From positions 400,365 through 420,364 of the forward strand of contig WELB01000013.1 in assembly GCA_009602725.1 (NCBI GenBank): DNA of 20,000 nt, read 5' to 3'. This DNA comes from Spirogloea muscicola. Its lineage: Eukaryota. The first letter of the stretch is position 1; every line of letters starts with the position of its first letter. Below, in pieces: positions 17,164 to 20,000 of this stretch. Both the position numbers and the translations under genes were made by a program. Under the pieces are notes generated by a model, which had not been told where the DNA came from, ran no database searches, and saw only the letters and a program-made list of their open reading frames with translations.

Positions 17164-18175
17164 GTTTCCTCAACATTTTCCAGAGGCCGAAGCCCGCACC
17201 ATTTCTGTGTTCGTTACAAGCAGTGCAGCCAATAGATGCACTCAAGCAATCAATGCAAAGACGTGCGCTCAAATAATGAGCACAACACTCCGAACGCGTA
17301 AGACTTGCAAGGAACAGCACAATGATAAGGCTGCTCACCGCAGAGGAAAGATGTAGTGAACTCGGCCCTACACACGCAGTAAGGGTGAGTCGTCCTTGTT
17401 AAGTTCGGCTGTAGGGGGTTTACGGACCAACCCAGTACACGGCAAAGCACTAGCACATAGCGCAGCGGAAGACAGGCCCTGTGGCGCCGCCGTCCGGCGG
17501 CGACCCCACCTCCTGGGCGCGAGCCAGCAGCTGGCCCCCAACGGACGCAGCCACGGACTCCCCGCAGCGAGCCCCGCAGAAGGCTGCGGCGGCGGCTGCG
17601 GCGGCGAGCAGCGCCAAGGCTGCTCCTGGGCTTCGCCCGTCCGAACTGATGTCGGGTCTCGGCTCAAGGCTCGTAGTGCTTCCCCCGTGCCACGCCCCCT
17701 TCCAGGGGTGTGAGCGGGTCGCCCCAAGGCCTGCCCTTGCGGCGGGCCCAAGGTCCCCCCGTGGCAGGGTGGAACCTGGCGAGAGTTAGTCCAGGACGTG
17801 CGGGAGTTGCCCGCACCTGGGCGCGCCCACTTGTACATCAAGCGGCTAGCGGTCATGTCATGTAACGCTAACAGCACCGTGTTGCATAAGCAAACGGCTG
17901 GATCGTTACAAAATGCGACTTTCGCAAGCGGGTTCGCGCAACGCTCACTAACCGCGCACGCCGTAGGCGCCGGGCTCTACGCTCTCAAGGACGCAGGCGC
18001 GAGTAAACGCAGGCGTGGTGGGCGCAGGCAGGAGGGTAAGATTTGCCAAGCGAGCTGCTTGGCCAGGCCCGCTCGCCCCGACATGGGCCGGACGCGGTGA
18101 AACCTTTGCGCTACCTGATTGGCTAGGTGCGCTATTGGCTACGCTCGTTGGCTAGGCGAGAAGGGTTGTCTCTCA

Positions 18176-18249
18176 AAGAAGCAAGCGCGGCCAGATTAAC
18201 TGGTGGCTGGGAGAGGCCAGCCCAAAAGAATGGACAAGGTCTGAAGGAG
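18176..18249 (+). repeat. Dispersed composite repeat, joined A-GGCT-B copy 2
   Basis: Direct match to 14866-14936; inverted match (68/69) to 19528-19596. Confidence 0.95.
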
Positions 18250-18351
18250 TCGGAGCTCTCAAAGCCGTTCATCCGACCCAGTGGTCGACCTGATTCGTGG
18301 ATTGGTGATCTTTGGCCGTCCGTTCCATGATGGCCCCTCCACCGCTTCGGT

Positions 18352-18669
18352 AGCCACCAGTCAATCTGGCCGCGCTTGCTGATTCGGTAGCGCCCACCTT
18401 GACGGTCTTGTTGGTGGTTGAGGTACCTTCAGATGGGCTTCCCTCGTTGCGCTTTGAACGGTCTTTGGCAGATTGGCGTCGTGCGTGGGCTTTGGGGATA
18501 GTTTGCCGGCAGCTAGTCTGTCGGATGTGAGGCTCCTCACTCGTGACTACCGAGTGGTCCATCCTCCCCCGTTCTGCCATAGCCTCTTCAGGCCCCGCAG
18601 TCGCTGCTTAGCTCGTAGTTTGGCCCCTAAGAACCTTGTCAATTCTTTCCGGGCTGGCTTCTCACAGCC
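18352..18669 (-). mobile_element. Putative ~315-bp non-autonomous element bounded by free half B (5') and free half A (3'), with GGCT at both ends
   Basis: The minus strand begins GGCTGTGAGAAGCCAGCCCGGAAAGAATTGACAAGGT and ends AGCAAGCGCGGCCAGATTGACTGGTGGCT. Similarity to the joined repeat breaks at the GGCT core on both sides. Confidence 0.4.
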
Positions 18670-18691
18670 CTTGCCCCCATGAGGAGAGCCA

Positions 18692-18800
18692 CTTCTTCTT
18701 CTTCTTCTTCTTTGGCCCTTGTAGTCGCTCCGTTGTTGTCGTCCGCCTTATATGAGCGGTTGTTGTTGTAGTTGTCGTTGTTGTTGTCGTTGTTGATGTT
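18692..18800. repeat. (CTT)n and degenerate (GTT/GTC)n microsatellites
   Basis: CTTCTTCTTCTTCTTCTT; GTTGTTGTTGTAGTTGTCGTTGTTGTTGTCGTTGTTG. Confidence 0.85.
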
Positions 18801-18840
18801 GTCCGCAGTCGATAAGCGGTCGCCGAGAGAGAAAGAGAGA

Positions 18841-19062
18841 GAGAGAGAATTGGTCCTTCATCCTCAGCTTAAATCCTTCCTAAAGGTGTATGATTCAGCC
18901 TAGGAAGCCAGAGAGAGAGAGGAAGATAGAGAAGTGGTCCTCCATCCTTTTAGCTTGAATCACACCCAAAGGTGTATGATTCAGCTTCGGAAGCCAGAGA
19001 GAGAGAGGAAGGAAGAGAGAGAAGTGGTCCTCCATCCTTAGCTTGTATCACACCCAAAGGGC
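18841..19062 (+). repeat. Tandem repeat, ~85-90-bp unit, ~2.5 copies
   Basis: Unit approximately GAGAAGTGGTCCTCCATCCT..AGCTTGAATCACACCCAAAGGTGTATGATTCAGC...GGAAGCCAGAGAGAGAGAGGAAG, starting near 18845, 18929 and 19019. Confidence 0.9.
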
Positions 19063-19527
19063 TGTGTAAGTCAGGAGCTGTGTAATTTGGTGCCTTTCGG
19101 CCTTTCGAACAACCATTTTCACTGGGCTGGTCTCTCACAGTCCCCCGCCCCCTTTGGCGAGCTCACTTCTTTGGGCTGGCCTCTCACAGCCAATGCCTTG
19201 ATCTGGAAGTGCTCTCTCTTTTCCCGTTCGGACTTGTGCACCCCCGTCTTTGCCTGACGGTGAAGCGGAACCGGTCCTGACGACCGTGGGTTAGGCGGCC
19301 GGAGCCGGGGGCAACGCTGAGGGTGTATTGTTGCGTCTGCCGAGACTGTCTGGCTGGGCGCCCACCGGGCCAGGCCTTGTAGGGGCGAGAGCCCGGGGCA
19401 GGAGGCCCCAGAGGCTGCCCCGCCAGGCCCGCCATAGCCGGCATGCCCGCCATCGCCAGCATGCCCAGAGCACTGGCATGCCGTCAGGCCGTGCCGCAGC
19501 CGGCCATGCCGACGAGTGCCCCTCTTG

Positions 19528-19596
19528 TCAGACCTTGTCCATTCTTTTGGGCTGGCCTCTCCCAGCCACCAGTTAATCTGGCCGTGCTTGCTTCTT
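19528..19596 (-). repeat. Dispersed composite repeat, joined A-GGCT-B copy 3 (inverted)
   Basis: The reverse complement matches 18176-18244 at 68/69 positions. Confidence 0.95.
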
Positions 19597-19794
19597 GTCT
19601 GCCAAGCTAGCCCGTCGTGTCTACACTTTCCGTCTGGCTAACAGACGATTAGGCTAACTATCCACACCACGTGACGGTAGCCGTCACAACGGGGCGAGCC
19701 AACGGGATGGGACGTCCTGGCGCGTCGTCGTCCCGTTCGGCGAGCTGCGTGCTCTCTAGGCCAGGTTCAGTCCCCCCCTCGGGAAGGAGGCTAG

Positions 19795-20000
19795 ATGCAG
19801 AGCACCGCGGCCCGCCCGACCCTCCGGCTCCCCCGCCCACCTCGCCGCAGGACCACCGCTGCCGCCGCCGCCGCCAGCGCCATTGCCGCCGCCGCCGCCC
19901 GACTATCAGCCGCCGCCGCCGCCGTCCCGCCGCCCCGCTACCGCGGCTGCCGCGGCTCTCGCAAGCGCTGCCACCCGTCGCCCGGGCACAGCGCGGCGCC
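19795..20000 (+). CDS. Possible first exon of a downstream gene with a transit-peptide-like N-terminus (runs off window)
   Basis: ATG at 19795 is open to the window end: MQSTAARPTLRLPRPPRRRTTAAAAAASAIAAAAARLSAAAAAVPPPRYRG... It is Ala/Arg/Ser-rich with no acidic residues, in a (GCC)n-rich island like the other gene starts here. Confidence 0.3.
   Translation, partial: MQSTAARPTLRLPRPPRRRTTAAAAAASAIAAAAARLSAAAAAVPPPRYRGCRGSRKRCHPSPGHSAA

Larger units (their letters stand above)
18680..19139 (-). mobile_element. LTR-like 460-bp unit (TG...CA) preceded by a polypurine tract
   Basis: Minus strand: AAAGGGGGCGGGGGAC|TGTGAGAGACC ... GGCTCTCCTCA, with imperfect inverted ends, internal ~88-bp tandem repeats and microsatellites. 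No gag/pol is seen. Confidence 0.35.

Noticed and set aside
17368..18100. Overlapping GC-rich ORFs of 100-169 aa
   Set aside because: ORFs are open in several frames because of GC content and have no recognisable motif. A gene fragment cannot be excluded but is unsupported.
14566..19596. CRISPR-like array interpretation of the recurring repeat
   Set aside because: The copies are irregularly spaced and in both orientations, in a eukaryotic context with no cas genes.

Overview
Eukaryotic, intron-rich, green-plant-lineage DNA. The land-plant-like proteins, short introns and GC-rich (GCC)n gene starts suggest a streptophyte alga; this is inference. Positions 1-13.5 kb hold four compact spliced genes in two head-to-head pairs: a SNAP25/SNAP33-type Qbc-SNARE (-, partial), an AMMECR1-domain protein (+), a fused PabA-PabB aminodeoxychorismate synthase (ADCS, -, 12 exons), and a CBS-domain SnRK1 gamma-1-like protein (+, 8 exons, one GC-AG intron). 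There is a 388-N gap at 1644-2031 and a single N at 9770. Positions 14.5-19.6 kb contain no recognisable gene but are highly structured. A two-part repeat (half A + GGCT core + half B) occurs joined three times and also as free halves that bracket ~320-bp segments, resembling the att sites or circle junctions of a recombinase-mobilised element. The same region also has a ~240-bp foldback, an LTR-like unit and several tandem duplications. All exon structures were deduced by hand, and no database searches were run.
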